Shown: positions 47,979-58,429 of the stretch, piece by piece
Position numbering within the stretch: position 1 is the stretch's first letter
Layout of the letters: the number at the start of each line of letters is the position of its first letter
Virus record (IMG/VR): IMGVR_UViG_3300025168_000053
Location: 16,262 to 80,261 of that record
Source: a virus
DNA: 64,000 nt
Direction: 5' to 3' (one strand)
Notes under the pieces: generated by a model
Database searches by the model: none
Seen by the model: only the letters and a program-made list of their open reading frames with translations
Told to the model about the DNA's origin: nothing
Translations under genes and position numbers: made by a program

Positions 47979-48317
47979 TTAGGACTCGGCAAGTAATTTC
48001 CACGAATTAGTTCCTTGATCTTCAAGTTCAGGATATTGTCGTAAAAGTGTTGCATTCAATCCCCACATAGAGATTCGATACCGATCTCCTTTGATGCCAA
48101 CCATTTGAGGTGCTTCTTCCGAAGTATGGCCCACCAATTTCACAAAGACTTGCTCTTTACCCAGAACGTTGTTGAGACTGTTTGTGGTGACTCCATGACG
48201 CATACTGTAAGGGCTTGAACGGTCATTAAGATAGTCGAAAATATCCGCCGTAGTAAGGTTCCCCAAGTCTTTCATCATTTGAATTATCTTAACTCTCGCT
48301 CGACTTGTTCTCGCCAT
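47979..48317 (-). CDS. Winged-helix DNA-binding protein, leaderless
   Basis: LTTADIFDYLN..TTNSLNNVLGK..F..WGL; TTTAAG ends 24 nt upstream. Confidence 0.6.
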   Translation of the reverse strand: MARTSRARVKIIQMMKDLGNLTTADIFDYLNDRSSPYSMRHGVTTNSLNNVLGKEQVFVKLVGHTSEEAPQMVGIKGDRYRISMWGLNATLLRQYPELEDQGTNSWKLLAES

Positions 48318-48350
48318 AACTTGAAGGAAGGACCATTCGGACTTAAACCC

Positions 48351-49970
48351 TCACATTGGAGGCATTGGTGGCCCACCAGGAGATGGATTCATTCTAATGA
48401 CATCATCAATTCGGAGAATCATAATTGCTGCTTCTGTTGCTGAGGTCAATGCTTGAACGTGTAGTGCCAACGGTTCAACAATTCCTTGTTTCATAGCATT
48501 ATGAGGGTGTTCTTTTGTTTGAGGATCAACGTCAATGAAATACGAATAATCGCCATCAGCATTATTTTTGCACAAAGCGAGTAATTCATCAACAGGATCG
48601 AGTCCAGCATTCTCAGCAATCGCTGAGGGTATTTGTAGCAAAGCATCAGCAAAAGCATCAACGGCCATTTGAACACGGCCTTCTGGTCGGCAATGCTTCT
48701 TTAGAGCGTTATACAGGTATGCTTGAGTAGCACCGCCGCCCAAAAGGAATCCTTCATTCTTCTTCATCAGCCACGCCACGCCGACACAATCTTCGAGCGC
48801 ACGTTCCACTTCTTCGGCAACGTGCTTTGTTGCGCCACAGGCAACGATTGTTTGAATTGGCGAGCCTTTTGTTGTCAATAATATCAAATCGTGATCGAAC
48901 TTACCAGATACAAGGAAGTTGCATTGTGCCAAATCGAAGTCGTCTATTGGATTTGTAAGGCTGGAAACGATATTCCCCCGACCAATCCGACTGGCCGAAT
49001 CAAGGTCGGACTTCTTAACAGAATGAACGGCTGAAATGTTATGCTTTTTGAGGTAATGCAAAGCGAGGTCGTCAATTTTCTTTTGGGTCAAAACAACATT
49101 TGCGCCAGATTGGTGAATCAATTCCACCATGTCACGTATTGCGTCTTCTTCTTGTCGAAGGAACTCTTCAACCTGTGCTGGATTGGTAATTTGAACCTGA
49201 GCATCTATGTTGGTTTTCTTTGGCTCAATAGCGCAATCCAAAAGGAGAATCTTTGCGTTTTCCACTTGACGTTCCATTGTTCCGCTTGCTAAATCTCTCT
49301 CGATCACGATACCAGGCAATCGGTATGTATCTTCTTCATTTGTTCCGCTTGCTGAGGTATAATGAATGTCTTCAATGGAGTTGGCGTTCAAAGTGGCTTC
49401 CTCGGCCATCGTTGCCAATTTATTTTGGATTCCTTCGGCTGATTTGCCAGTTATGGAACTGAATGCTGCGAGATAGGCTATGCTCTTTAGCGAATCCTCG
49501 TATTCGTATGCCATCTCCGAATTGATTTTTGAAAGACCTTCTAATTCAGTTATGCAAAAGTCTCTTGCAGTTCGGAATCCTTTGCAGATCGTGGTTGGAT
49601 GAATGCTCTTATCCAACAAACGTTCCGCTTCTTCGAGAAGTGCGCCAGAAAGAACCACCGCACTTGTTGTTCCATCGTAGCATTGCGCTTCTTGAGTCTT
49701 AGCCACTTCAACAATCATCTTGGCTGAGGGATGCTCAATGCCAATCTCTCGAAGTATTGATACTCCATCGTTGGTAATGAGGACATTCCCAGTAGGATCA
49801 ATGAGCATCTTATCCATGCCCAATGGTCCAAGAGTTGTTTTGATAGCAGCACCAACCGCTTTGGCGGCTTGAATGTTGCTTCTTTGGGCTGCTGAACCGT
49901 TTGTTTGTTCAGTTCCCTTTTGCATGATATACACAGGCTGTTGGCCGTTGTTCGCAGGTTGCATGGTCAT
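48351..49970 (-). CDS. ths: Thermosome subunit (group II chaperonin)
   Basis: [36 protein letters not shown]-like [22 protein letters not shown]. Confidence 0.95.
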   Translation of the reverse strand: MTMQPANNGQQPVYIMQKGTEQTNGSAAQRSNIQAAKAVGAAIKTTLGPLGMDKMLIDPTGNVLITNDGVSILREIGIEHPSAKMIVEVAKTQEAQCYDGTTSAVVLSGALLEEAERLLDKSIHPTTICKGFRTARDFCITELEGLSKINSEMAYEYEDSLKSIAYLAAFSSITGKSAEGIQNKLATMAEEATLNANSIEDIHYTSASGTNEEDTYRLPGIVIERDLASGTMERQVENAKILLLDCAIEPKKTNIDAQVQITNPAQVEEFLRQEEDAIRDMVELIHQSGANVVLTQKKIDDLALHYLKKHNISAVHSVKKSDLDSASRIGRGNIVSSLTNPIDDFDLAQCNFLVSGKFDHDLILLTTKGSPIQTIVACGATKHVAEEVERALEDCVGVAWLMKKNEGFLLGGGATQAYLYNALKKHCRPEGRVQMAVDAFADALLQIPSAIAENAGLDPVDELLALCKNNADGDYSYFIDVDPQTKEHPHNAMKQGIVEPLALHVQALTSATEAAIMILRIDDVIRMNPSPGGPPMPPM

Positions 49971-50407
49971 GGCGTATTGGTGTCCTTCTTATCAAGGCTC
50001 ACACACCATTCGGCATTAGGTTCACCCTCGTAGCCATCACGCCATTGAGGTTCAAGATAAGACCTGCGGCAATATCCACAGACTTCTATTCCAGATTGAT
50101 ACTTGGAGTCCAACAGGGCATACGTCTTGTTAATGTCCCACTTTACTCTTGATGTGATTTTGCCCCATTCTTCACTTGTCAATGGATCGGCAGGGCTTCC
50201 ATCAGCCATGACTCGGCCACCGCCAACGATGCCGCCTCCAACGAGTGCTTTTGCTTTGAAAGGTTTCTTCCCTGCATGACTCCTATGAGGTGTGCATTGA
50301 GAACAGTTTCCATCCTTTCGAGAGGGCATCATTTCAAGCAGGGGTGAATCTGGACCCATTGAATGAAATGTAGTCATCTCAAGCCTCCATTTTCCATTCG
50401 TCGCCAT
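49967..50407 (-). CDS. Hypothetical Zn-binding protein
   Basis: CSQC..CGYC; start likely 50377. Confidence 0.55.
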   Translation of the reverse strand: MATNGKWRLEMTTFHSMGPDSPLLEMMPSRKDGNCSQCTPHRSHAGKKPFKAKALVGGGIVGGGRVMADGSPADPLTSEEWGKITSRVKWDINKTYALLDSKYQSGIEVCGYCRRSYLEPQWRDGYEGEPNAEWCVSLDKKDTNTP

Positions 50408-50801
50408 CTTCGTCTTTTCCCGCCTTCGATGCCCTTATGACACCTGCTTTGACAATTTCTTCCATAGCATACGACCACCGCCAAGCCACAGGCTCAGGGG
50501 CGATAATGTAGCAATTAGGATCGGGAGGTATAGGTTGTTGAATCCATTCTTCAATCATATCCTCTCCCTCCATATCGCTTCGATAATGAGCGACAACATC
50601 AGCACCGCCAGTGAACTTCTTTTTCAGCCTTACAAGACCTTCAAAACCAGGTTTGATGACTTTGATGACTGAGCCATTGTATGCTGTTCCAGAATCGTAT
50701 TGATACATCGGAACAAGGTCGCCTTCGTAGTAAATTGTTTCGTCAAGCGTATTGTAAAAACCATGTTCGATCTTGAGGCTATTTTTTGCATCGTCGTTCA
50801 T
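50379..50801 (-). CDS. Hypothetical protein
   Basis: GGAGG SD and ATGA overlap at 50801. Confidence 0.6.
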   Translation of the reverse strand: MNDDAKNSLKIEHGFYNTLDETIYYEGDLVPMYQYDSGTAYNGSVIKVIKPGFEGLVRLKKKFTGGADVVAHYRSDMEGEDMIEEWIQQPIPPDPNCYIIAPEPVAWRWSYAMEEIVKAGVIRASKAGKDEDGDEWKMEA

Positions 50802-51001
50802 GATAAATCCTCCTTTGGGAGTATATGCTTTCCACAGTCTATGCACAAGAGATAACCTGTTGCTTTCAGTTCGTATGTGCGTTTGTGTTCGCATTGATCC
50901 TGTGAGTGTTCTCTCTCATCATAGTATGCAGGGCATACGCCACGATGATCTCCACCGCATTTGCCACAATTTGAGCCGCCGTTTCTTCCCATATCATTCA
51001 C
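50798..51001 (-). CDS. Small Cys-rich protein
   Basis: CGKCGGDH..C; CEH..CIDCG. Confidence 0.55.
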   Translation of the reverse strand: MNDMGRNGGSNCGKCGGDHRGVCPAYYDEREHSQDQCEHKRTYELKATGYLLCIDCGKHILPKEDLS

Positions 51002-51500
51002 CTTGTCCTTTGGTATTCAACGCCTCAGCCCATGCAGCATAACAATGTTCGCACATTCCTTTCATCCAATCTGGATGGTCGGCAGGGAGATTCTCACAGT
51101 CCAAGCAACCGTTGTCCTGTTCTTCATCTCGCACTTCGAGTTCGACAACAGCGTTGCCTAAAACAAAGTCGTGCGGCTGAAATAATTGCGTGATTGGATT
51201 GAGATGTTCTTTCACGTATGCTGCACGTTCCTCATCGTTTTCGAGCGCATAGAATGGTAATTTGGATTCCCCACCCATGATGATATTTCGCACTTTACCA
51301 GACATACTGATTTCATTTCCAAAGAGATCGGTATCAACAAAACCAATGCTGATGTCGCCTTGAACATAGAATTGAGGCGCATATTCAAAAAGACCTCCAA
51401 CCGCTTCTTGTAGCGTTGCGAGGCCTGGTTCTTCATCAGCCTCCACAGGGAGGACTGAGGACTCGCCATCAGGCTGAATCAATATCCACTTGCGAGTCAT
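50994..51500 (-). CDS. DUF3846-like protein with C-terminal CxxC pairs
   Basis: PGLATLQEAVGGLFE..N....VLGNAVV. Confidence 0.55.
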   Translation of the reverse strand: MTRKWILIQPDGESSVLPVEADEEPGLATLQEAVGGLFEYAPQFYVQGDISIGFVDTDLFGNEISMSGKVRNIIMGGESKLPFYALENDEERAAYVKEHLNPITQLFQPHDFVLGNAVVELEVRDEEQDNGCLDCENLPADHPDWMKGMCEHCYAAWAEALNTKGQGE

Positions 51501-51940
51501 TGAGCCACCTCCACGTTCTGTGTGATGCGGCAATCAGGATAACTGGAACAGCCCAGAAACACACCGTTGCGACCTTTCTTTGGCAACATGATTCCAGACC
51601 CGCACGTGCAGTTCTTTGGCATTGGAATGTCCTTGTAAATTGAGTCCACACGGCTCAAGAGATTCTTGCGCCAGTTCTGGGTTCGATGAACACGTGTGGT
51701 GGAATGGAAGCCCTGCCCTTGCTCATTGACGCACAGGACACGGATAGCATCGCCACCCGCCTTACGGCCCGATCCATGAGCGATGGTGGAATAGACCCTA
51801 ATTCGGAATCCATCGCCATACGGTGCTTCATAGACCGTTTCAACGCAAGGATGGCCTGGGTCAGCCTCAGCAAAGCCCAGTTCAAGCATGAATGATCCCA
51901 TCTGTTCAGCCGTGATGTCTTGATATTCAGCAGCCATCAA
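51497..51940 (-). CDS. Protein with topoisomerase IA-type C4 Zn ribbon
   Basis: CTCGSGIMLPKKGRNGVFLGCSSYPDC. Confidence 0.7.
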   Translation of the reverse strand: MMAAEYQDITAEQMGSFMLELGFAEADPGHPCVETVYEAPYGDGFRIRVYSTIAHGSGRKAGGDAIRVLCVNEQGQGFHSTTRVHRTQNWRKNLLSRVDSIYKDIPMPKNCTCGSGIMLPKKGRNGVFLGCSSYPDCRITQNVEVAQ

Positions 51941-52097
51941 GCATCACCTCTTGTCGCCCCGCCCAATGCGGTGTGCAACGTCATGAGTTCTTGCAGGTCG
52001 CAAGCCTCAATGGAGGCTGAAAGAAGTGCTTCGAGATTGTCAATGACCTGTTGCTGAGTCATGTCCTCAACAGGCGTGGTGAAATCTGGTGTGCGGC

Positions 52098-52592
52098 TCA
52101 TTCGCTCGCCTCCTGAGATAGAAGTTCCAGTTCATCCTCTAAGGATTGCATGACCGCAGCATGGTTCTCAATGGTATTCATGGCTGCTTTCATTCGAGCA
52201 AGTGCCGTTGAGAAACAATCTTCCTGTTGCTTCATGCGCTTAAGGATTGCATTGTGTTTTACCATAGCCTCGTCAAGTGGGATCGGAACATAAGGCGTGA
52301 AATTGTAATGCTCATTCCATGCTTCTGTTTGCTTTGGTGACAGCATGGTGTTGAATGTTTGACCTGAATAGTAATAGACATACACACCGCCAACGCCATG
52401 ATCGGTTGCGTGTGCTTTCTGTTCATTGTTGTATTGAGGCCAAGAGCGTGTGTGTTCGGATGATTGAAGCCAACCGTCAGCATCAGCGTGTGGGTGGCGA
52501 GGATTGCTCATGACAATGCCTCTTCCATCGAAGAAGTCACCATAGACCGCACCATCGAAGGTTCGCTTCCAGACTGGCTTAGGATTGCTCAT
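52098..52592 (-). CDS. Hypothetical protein with C-terminal coiled coil
   Basis: GGAGG/ATGA junctions on both sides. Confidence 0.6.
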   Translation of the reverse strand: MSNPKPVWKRTFDGAVYGDFFDGRGIVMSNPRHPHADADGWLQSSEHTRSWPQYNNEQKAHATDHGVGGVYVYYYSGQTFNTMLSPKQTEAWNEHYNFTPYVPIPLDEAMVKHNAILKRMKQQEDCFSTALARMKAAMNTIENHAAVMQSLEDELELLSQEASE

Positions 52593-53575
52593 TCGCTCGC
52601 CTCCTTGTCAAGATGGGAATGCTTGGCATACTGCTGTTCATTGATGAAGAGTCTTCCTTGCATTTCAACAGCATCGGTGGTAAGTTGGTTCACTTGTTCC
52701 AAGATGTGACGCAATTTTGCCCGATCCAGTTCGATTTCACGCTTCAAATCATTCATTGCACGTTGCTCAGGTGAAACGACTGGCTCAGGATGGTAAATAC
52801 CGTTCTCATCAAATCGTTCTGGTTGCTCATCATGTAGGTTCTCCCAATGAGCATCGTCGGCTTCCTCGGCTGGCTTAGGATGTGAGGGGTCATCAACAGT
52901 GATAATCTCCCAACAATGAGGCATCAAACCAACGCCAGAACTCAAGCCAAACGGCTTAGTGTCATCGAGGTCAATGATGGCTCTAATGTGACGCTGAGGC
53001 CGTTCATCCGACTTGCTCAAAGACCACGCTTTGACAGGGAGTATTGCACCTGCCAATGCCTTGAATGAATCATCACATTGGTTGCGAAGCGTTTGTTCAT
53101 CGTCAGTAAGACGAATCCACGTTTCCTCCAACGGGGTGTTCCATGAGGAATGGTAATGCAAGCGTGTTTCCATCGTGATCGGGTTGAACACCTCGCCTTC
53201 GTATTCCAGAAGGGTGTCATAGAAGAATTGGTCATAGGAATCAACAAAGGCATTCAAGGCCGCTTTGGTGGAGGCTGCTCGAACATTGTCTTTCATGTCG
53301 GCTTCACGTGTGAATGTGTATTCTTTGGTGTATTCGCCAGCACTTTCAGTCTTGGACCATGAAGCATTGAACACCCATGTTTTGGTCGGATAAGCGGGAT
53401 GGGTCTTGTAATCCATGCCACAGTCCTTCATGCGGCCAACGGTGTATTTCCATCCAACAACGTTCTCGCCACCGATATTCGGCTGTAATTGGATAATCAC
53501 GTCACCTCCGCTTCTCCACATTCGGTATTCCCCTGTTGCTGTGCTGCGTGTTGTTTTCATCATATTATCGCTCAT
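52589..53575 (-). CDS. Hypothetical protein with C-terminal coiled coil
   Basis: GGTGA SD before ATG 53575; promoter motif upstream. Confidence 0.6.
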   Translation of the reverse strand: MSDNMMKTTRSTATGEYRMWRSGGDVIIQLQPNIGGENVVGWKYTVGRMKDCGMDYKTHPAYPTKTWVFNASWSKTESAGEYTKEYTFTREADMKDNVRAASTKAALNAFVDSYDQFFYDTLLEYEGEVFNPITMETRLHYHSSWNTPLEETWIRLTDDEQTLRNQCDDSFKALAGAILPVKAWSLSKSDERPQRHIRAIIDLDDTKPFGLSSGVGLMPHCWEIITVDDPSHPKPAEEADDAHWENLHDEQPERFDENGIYHPEPVVSPEQRAMNDLKREIELDRAKLRHILEQVNQLTTDAVEMQGRLFINEQQYAKHSHLDKEASE

Positions 53576-53619
53576 TTTTTTCACCTGTTTCATATTGGGT
53601 TTCCTGTCCCATTCAGTAT

Positions 53620-53644
53620 ATCCACACCCAGAAGGGTATATCAA
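53620..53644 (-). promoter_or_regulatory. Conserved promoter motif (copy 3)
   Basis: TTGATATACCCT TCTGGGT GTGGAT. Confidence 0.7.
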
Positions 53645-56600
53645 TAATCCTCTCCCGTAAGACCATCAATGGCCTTTGTTTCCACAAAGTTGCCCAGGGC
53701 AACATCATAGGCATATTTGGAATAGAGTTCGCCAATGTAATTGACAACCGCATCAGGGGATTGGGAATCGCCAGCATTGATGCCACCCAATTCCTTTGGG
53801 ATCGGGACATTTATTTTTGATTGTCTAACACCATTCGCCACTGAAATGCCATCCTGTTGCATGGCTGAGATGTGCCAGTATTGCGTAGCACCTCTCGGCA
53901 AAGAGAGAACGTATTTTTGGGCTGATGATGGCGACGAATCGTAGGTGTCGTTGCGATATTTCAGCACCCGTTGTTCTGTTTCATTGTGAATCAAAGCGTA
54001 TTGATACCCTCTTGAAACCTTACGGAGTAATTGGCTTGAGAACAAATTGTGATATTGAATTGGATTGGCTTCAACACGCTCAAAATAGAATCCTTGAACC
54101 TCGCCCTCGCTCATGTGCCGAGCCTGTTGAATGTCCTCATATTGAGGGTTCTGGGCTTCCCAGGCATCGAAGTCATCCATGCTCATTGCGACCACTTTAC
54201 CCTCAACGGTTTCGAGTTCAACGTATTCTGTTTCAGTAGTCCAGTCATGGCCGTCATCATCGTTGCCATCATCGCCACGATCCTCATCGCCGCCTTCACA
54301 GGATGAACAAACACGCTTGGATTCAAGTTCCTCAGTGGTGCTGTCAATCATCTCATCAAGGCTGATGTTCACAAGGACTGAGCCGCATGAATCAGGGGCG
54401 ATTTCACCGCCCATGTGCTTCTCGAACTTGCCAGATTTAGAATGGGTGTCATATCGAATACGGCAAAGGTGGCCGTCGCACTTGCAGCAAGTTCCGTGTT
54501 CCTCTCCCTCAGCGATGATGGTTTCACATTCAACGCACCGATCATCATTAGGGGTGTCGCATACGCAAAGTTCCAATCCACAGTCTTGACAGTCATCGCT
54601 CTCAGGGGTGTCCTGTGGCGACTCTTTGACCTCGTTTGGTATGTCGTTGCACATCAAGTCCATGTCGAGGTCATAAGCACCCTGTAATCGCTGTTCAACG
54701 TCTTGAGCGATTTGACCCTCAAGTTCACCATTGACAATGATGTTTTGCTTTTGCGCCCTGCTGTATGCAACGTAGCCCATTGACACTTCATTGACGGCTG
54801 ATTCTGGCGAGGCTTCACAGGCTCGCTTATTCATGAAACAGGATTGAACAGTTGGGTTGCCGTCTTCATCGTCTTCAACAATCGAATTGACAATGAACAT
54901 GACCTCGGCCTCATCGCCTTTGTAGCGATGGATTGTAGCGATGTGAACAGCATTGCCGCCACGCTCACTGAACAACGTATCATTGACCCAGTTCTTGAGA
55001 GCATCAGCGAGGTTCTTTCCTTTGACTTCACCATCGCTGCGAGATCGGTGAAGAGATACAAACGCCTCAAGGAGTTCGATGTTGCCCATGAACTCTTGAA
55101 ATGCGGTGGATTGAGCCATGCTCTTTGTATCACCTTTGAACAGGTCGGAGTATTTGGCGAGAGCAACCTTTCTAATGCTCTCAATGTCCCTCAAGAGCAA
55201 GGAATGTTGCTTGACCTTAGAAGCATCCATCTTGTGCCATCCAAGCCCAAGCATGGTCTTTCCATTCACATTCTTGTATGACTCATCCAAAGCCCCAGAA
55301 CGCATCATGTTGGCGGCTGAGAATGCTTGAGTGACAAGACCATCCTTGCCGCTTGGAGTTGATACTGGAATGCCGTTCATGAGGAACGTCTTGATGAAGC
55401 CAGCGAGAGGCTTCTTGAGGCGACAAAGGAGGCCAAACGTGGTGTCCTCACCATGAAGTTCTCTTGACTTGTGATATGCCTTGACAATCTCATCACCTTC
55501 GATTTGAATAGGCGCAGCACCGACAGGCCAGAAGTCATATCCAGCCTCAAGCGGAGATCGGTGTGCTTGATAATCTGGGAGGTCAATGTTGGCGTGATAA
55601 CGACGTGCAATATCAGCGAACTGAGCAGTAGCATACTTGACAGATTGAGCAACCATATCAGTGCCTCTCCAACAGATAGTCTGTGGATAGAATGTAGCAT
55701 CAATGGCCTTTGCATTGTCCGAAAATGCCTGACTTGAAGCCCCCGCAAATAAATAGATCGCCTGGCGCAAATCGCCCACCATGACCTTGTGTGCATCCTC
55801 TTTCACCAATCGCCAAACCAATTGAGCCTTGAGAACTGAGAGGTCTTGAACCTCGTCAATGAACATGACATCAGCCTTCTCATGCTGAGGGATTTGAAGA
55901 TCGAGAGCGTGTGGAAGGTAAATCTGGTCGGCCATGCTGAGAACCAACACACCCTTGCCACCACTGGTGGATGAGGATTCAACAACCTCTAACGACTCAT
56001 CATCAAGCATATTGTGGAACTCATCACCGAACTTCTCAGCGAGCAATGCAACGACCTTCTCAACACAATTGGGCTTGACAATGCCGAGTCCTAAAGAAGT
56101 GTCATAACGCCGCCATGTTTTGATGTTTTCACCATTGACAATAGCATTGCCGTTCTTTCCGAACTGAGTTCCGAATCCTTTTCCACCGATCTTCTTCAAG
56201 TGGCCTCCATTCTCAAAGGAATAGATGATGTGGCCTTTGTGCTTCTTGACAATGACCTTCGCCTCAGTATCAAATGACACCGACTTGACACCGCTTTTCT
56301 TCTGGGTATCAGCAGGTGGGAATCGGCAACCGCCTGTCTCAAGGATGGCGAACTCAGCCTTCTTGACCATGTTTGGGTCGGTGGTGCGAATCTGTTTTGA
56401 CATAGGCACAGCATCCTCCCACCATCCACGTTGATTCTTGTTTGGAACAACAGCATCCATGACGGACTTTCCATCGCCACAGAATGGCTTCAATTGAACA
56501 TTCAAGAATGCTGTTTCGATAGCAACGGCAAGGATCTCAACAACCAATTGGAACACCGATTGGTCGCCCAGATTGCGAGCAGGGTTCTCATCCCATGACT

Positions 56601-57411
56601 GATTGACACCGACTCGCTGAACAACCTCAGCAATGGCCTTCACGTCATCCTCATGGACTGTTGGAGGAATGTATGGGGTCGGAACTTCACGGTCAATGGT
56701 GGATTCTGGAACAAAGCCCTCATCCATCACCATGTTGGCAACCTTGACCAATCCTTCACCGATCATGTTGTTGAAGGCATGAGATGTGGTCTTGACCTGC
56801 ATGGCCTTTCGAGCGTTCTCAAGCAATGCTGAACGGTCTTCACGGCCCAACCAACCTGCAAGGGTCAAACGGGCGATTCTAATGTATCTGTCATCACCGT
56901 ATTTCAGCATTGAAATATGAGAGAATCCATCAGCATGAGCCTTGTTCAACAACAATTGGTTGCCACCTGCATTGACGGTGTTATTGTTGCCGAATATCTT
57001 GACATTCAATCCATCAGTGGATTGGAACTGGATGAGGATGTCTTTACTGGACTTAGCAATGTGGGTATTGAAGGCGGTCATGGCCGTCAAGAGTTCAGGG
57101 GCAAGCCTGGAAACAATGTGGGTCATGCCCTGCAATAGAGAGGTCTTACCTGAACCTGCTACGGCTGATACTGCGATTGAGATCGGCTTGCCACCATTGC
57201 GAGATTCATAGAGAGCCTTAGCGAATGCTCTCAGCACCCTCAGTTGTTCCCAAGACCATTTGTTGCCGTTCCTATCCACTTCTGGAATACCTGCCTCAGC
57301 ATCCCTATGCAGGGTGATGGCAAGGGCAAGGTTCTCAGCCGAACTGAGGAACGTGTTGAGGCTGATGAAGACAGCCATGAAGAGGGAGAGAGCGATGACT
57401 GAGAATATCAT
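53641..57411 (-). CDS. UvrD/Rep-family SF1 helicase with long insertions and C-terminal Zn-finger/acidic extension
   Basis: AVAGSGKT, AFN, FIDEVQD, VGDLRQAIYLFAGA, TIHRYKGDE, YVAYSRA. Confidence 0.9.
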   Translation of the reverse strand: MIFSVIALSLFMAVFISLNTFLSSAENLALAITLHRDAEAGIPEVDRNGNKWSWEQLRVLRAFAKALYESRNGGKPISIAVSAVAGSGKTSLLQGMTHIVSRLAPELLTAMTAFNTHIAKSSKDILIQFQSTDGLNVKIFGNNNTVNAGGNQLLLNKAHADGFSHISMLKYGDDRYIRIARLTLAGWLGREDRSALLENARKAMQVKTTSHAFNNMIGEGLVKVANMVMDEGFVPESTIDREVPTPYIPPTVHEDDVKAIAEVVQRVGVNQSWDENPARNLGDQSVFQLVVEILAVAIETAFLNVQLKPFCGDGKSVMDAVVPNKNQRGWWEDAVPMSKQIRTTDPNMVKKAEFAILETGGCRFPPADTQKKSGVKSVSFDTEAKVIVKKHKGHIIYSFENGGHLKKIGGKGFGTQFGKNGNAIVNGENIKTWRRYDTSLGLGIVKPNCVEKVVALLAEKFGDEFHNMLDDESLEVVESSSTSGGKGVLVLSMADQIYLPHALDLQIPQHEKADVMFIDEVQDLSVLKAQLVWRLVKEDAHKVMVGDLRQAIYLFAGASSQAFSDNAKAIDATFYPQTICWRGTDMVAQSVKYATAQFADIARRYHANIDLPDYQAHRSPLEAGYDFWPVGAAPIQIEGDEIVKAYHKSRELHGEDTTFGLLCRLKKPLAGFIKTFLMNGIPVSTPSGKDGLVTQAFSAANMMRSGALDESYKNVNGKTMLGLGWHKMDASKVKQHSLLLRDIESIRKVALAKYSDLFKGDTKSMAQSTAFQEFMGNIELLEAFVSLHRSRSDGEVKGKNLADALKNWVNDTLFSERGGNAVHIATIHRYKGDEAEVMFIVNSIVEDDEDGNPTVQSCFMNKRACEASPESAVNEVSMGYVAYSRAQKQNIIVNGELEGQIAQDVEQRLQGAYDLDMDLMCNDIPNEVKESPQDTPESDDCQDCGLELCVCDTPNDDRCVECETIIAEGEEHGTCCKCDGHLCRIRYDTHSKSGKFEKHMGGEIAPDSCGSVLVNISLDEMIDSTTEELESKRVCSSCEGGDEDRGDDGNDDDGHDWTTETEYVELETVEGKVVAMSMDDFDAWEAQNPQYEDIQQARHMSEGEVQGFYFERVEANPIQYHNLFSSQLLRKVSRGYQYALIHNETEQRVLKYRNDTYDSSPSSAQKYVLSLPRGATQYWHISAMQQDGISVANGVRQSKINVPIPKELGGINAGDSQSPDAVVNYIGELYSKYAYDVALGNFVETKAIDGLTGEDY

Positions 57412-57818
57412 TCAGCCACCTCCTTCACAGAATCAAGGTGTTCGCATATCTTCTTGACACAGAACTTGAATGCCTGTTTGATGCTGTGGAAGCGGTCTGG
57501 AAGGAACTCAGCCGTCACAGCGAAGGATGGGTGAACCCTGTTGAGAGCCATACCCTTTGCATCTCTCACCGTTCTCATTTGAGGGAATATCTCAGCATCG
57601 AATTGGCCGAAAGTCCAGCCCGATCTGCAATCTCGAACATCAACCCAACCATAGCGATTAGAGCATCCCTTTGAGGTGTGATAATTCAAGTCAATGAGGC
57701 CAATGACTTCATCCTTGAAAACGACTTCATAGGACTTCAAATCAGGGCTTTCCGATACTGTGTAATCATCAGCCGCTTCATAACTGAAAACGCCATGAGG
57801 TGTGGTTATGGAACTCAT
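57408..57818 (-). CDS. Hypothetical early protein
   Basis: ATGA overlaps on both sides. Confidence 0.6.
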   Translation of the reverse strand: MSSITTPHGVFSYEAADDYTVSESPDLKSYEVVFKDEVIGLIDLNYHTSKGCSNRYGWVDVRDCRSGWTFGQFDAEIFPQMRTVRDAKGMALNRVHPSFAVTAEFLPDRFHSIKQAFKFCVKKICEHLDSVKEVAE

Positions 57819-58378
57819 TCAACCACCCCGCCAGCAAGCAGATCGATGGAATCAACCGTTGGGAGGTCATCAACACAGGATGGAGAGCCAGAAACGGTTT
57901 CGCACCAATCATACATCTCTCCATTCCATCCACCATTGCCACAGACAACGCAGTAGTCATGGTAATCCCAGTGGAAAGAGCCACAGGAGGTGCAACGGAC
58001 ATTCCGAAGGCGAGAACCCTCTTTGGTGACAGTAGCAGCCCAACAGGACAAGGACTTGTTGTTGAGGTATTCATTGAGCGATTGACGGGTGAATCCGTAT
58101 TCTGGGTATCGTTGTTCACTGTGAGCATCGAAGGGAGTATCAGCCAGCATCATTGCATGGCGAGGTGTAAAGAATTGAACGTCGTTGAGGATGATTTGAG
58201 GCATCCCTCTCATCGAAGGGTCGGTGGTGTATTCACTGTGAAGGGAGATCGGCAAGTTCGGCCTCATCCATCGCAGTTGTTCATACACTTGGCTGCTGGT
58301 CAATCGGTCTTTAGGCATCATTTGGGTTGCTTCGTTTTCCATTGTTTTCACTTCCGTTTTTGGGGTTAGGGCATTCAT
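57815..58378 (-). CDS. Hypothetical early protein with Zn ribbon
   Basis: CTSCG..CVVCG; first gene after promoter copy 4. Confidence 0.6.
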   Translation of the reverse strand: MNALTPKTEVKTMENEATQMMPKDRLTSSQVYEQLRWMRPNLPISLHSEYTTDPSMRGMPQIILNDVQFFTPRHAMMLADTPFDAHSEQRYPEYGFTRQSLNEYLNNKSLSCWAATVTKEGSRLRNVRCTSCGSFHWDYHDYCVVCGNGGWNGEMYDWCETVSGSPSCVDDLPTVDSIDLLAGGVVE

Positions 58379-58399
58379 AGTGTTCGCCCCCTTATCCCC

Positions 58400-58424
58400 C
58401 ACCACACCATGCAGGGTTGATAAA
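58400..58424 (-). promoter_or_regulatory. Conserved promoter motif (variant copy 4)
   Basis: TTTATCAACCCT GCATGGT GTGGTG at the head of the leftward gene string. Confidence 0.55.
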
Positions 58425-58429
58425 GAGTT

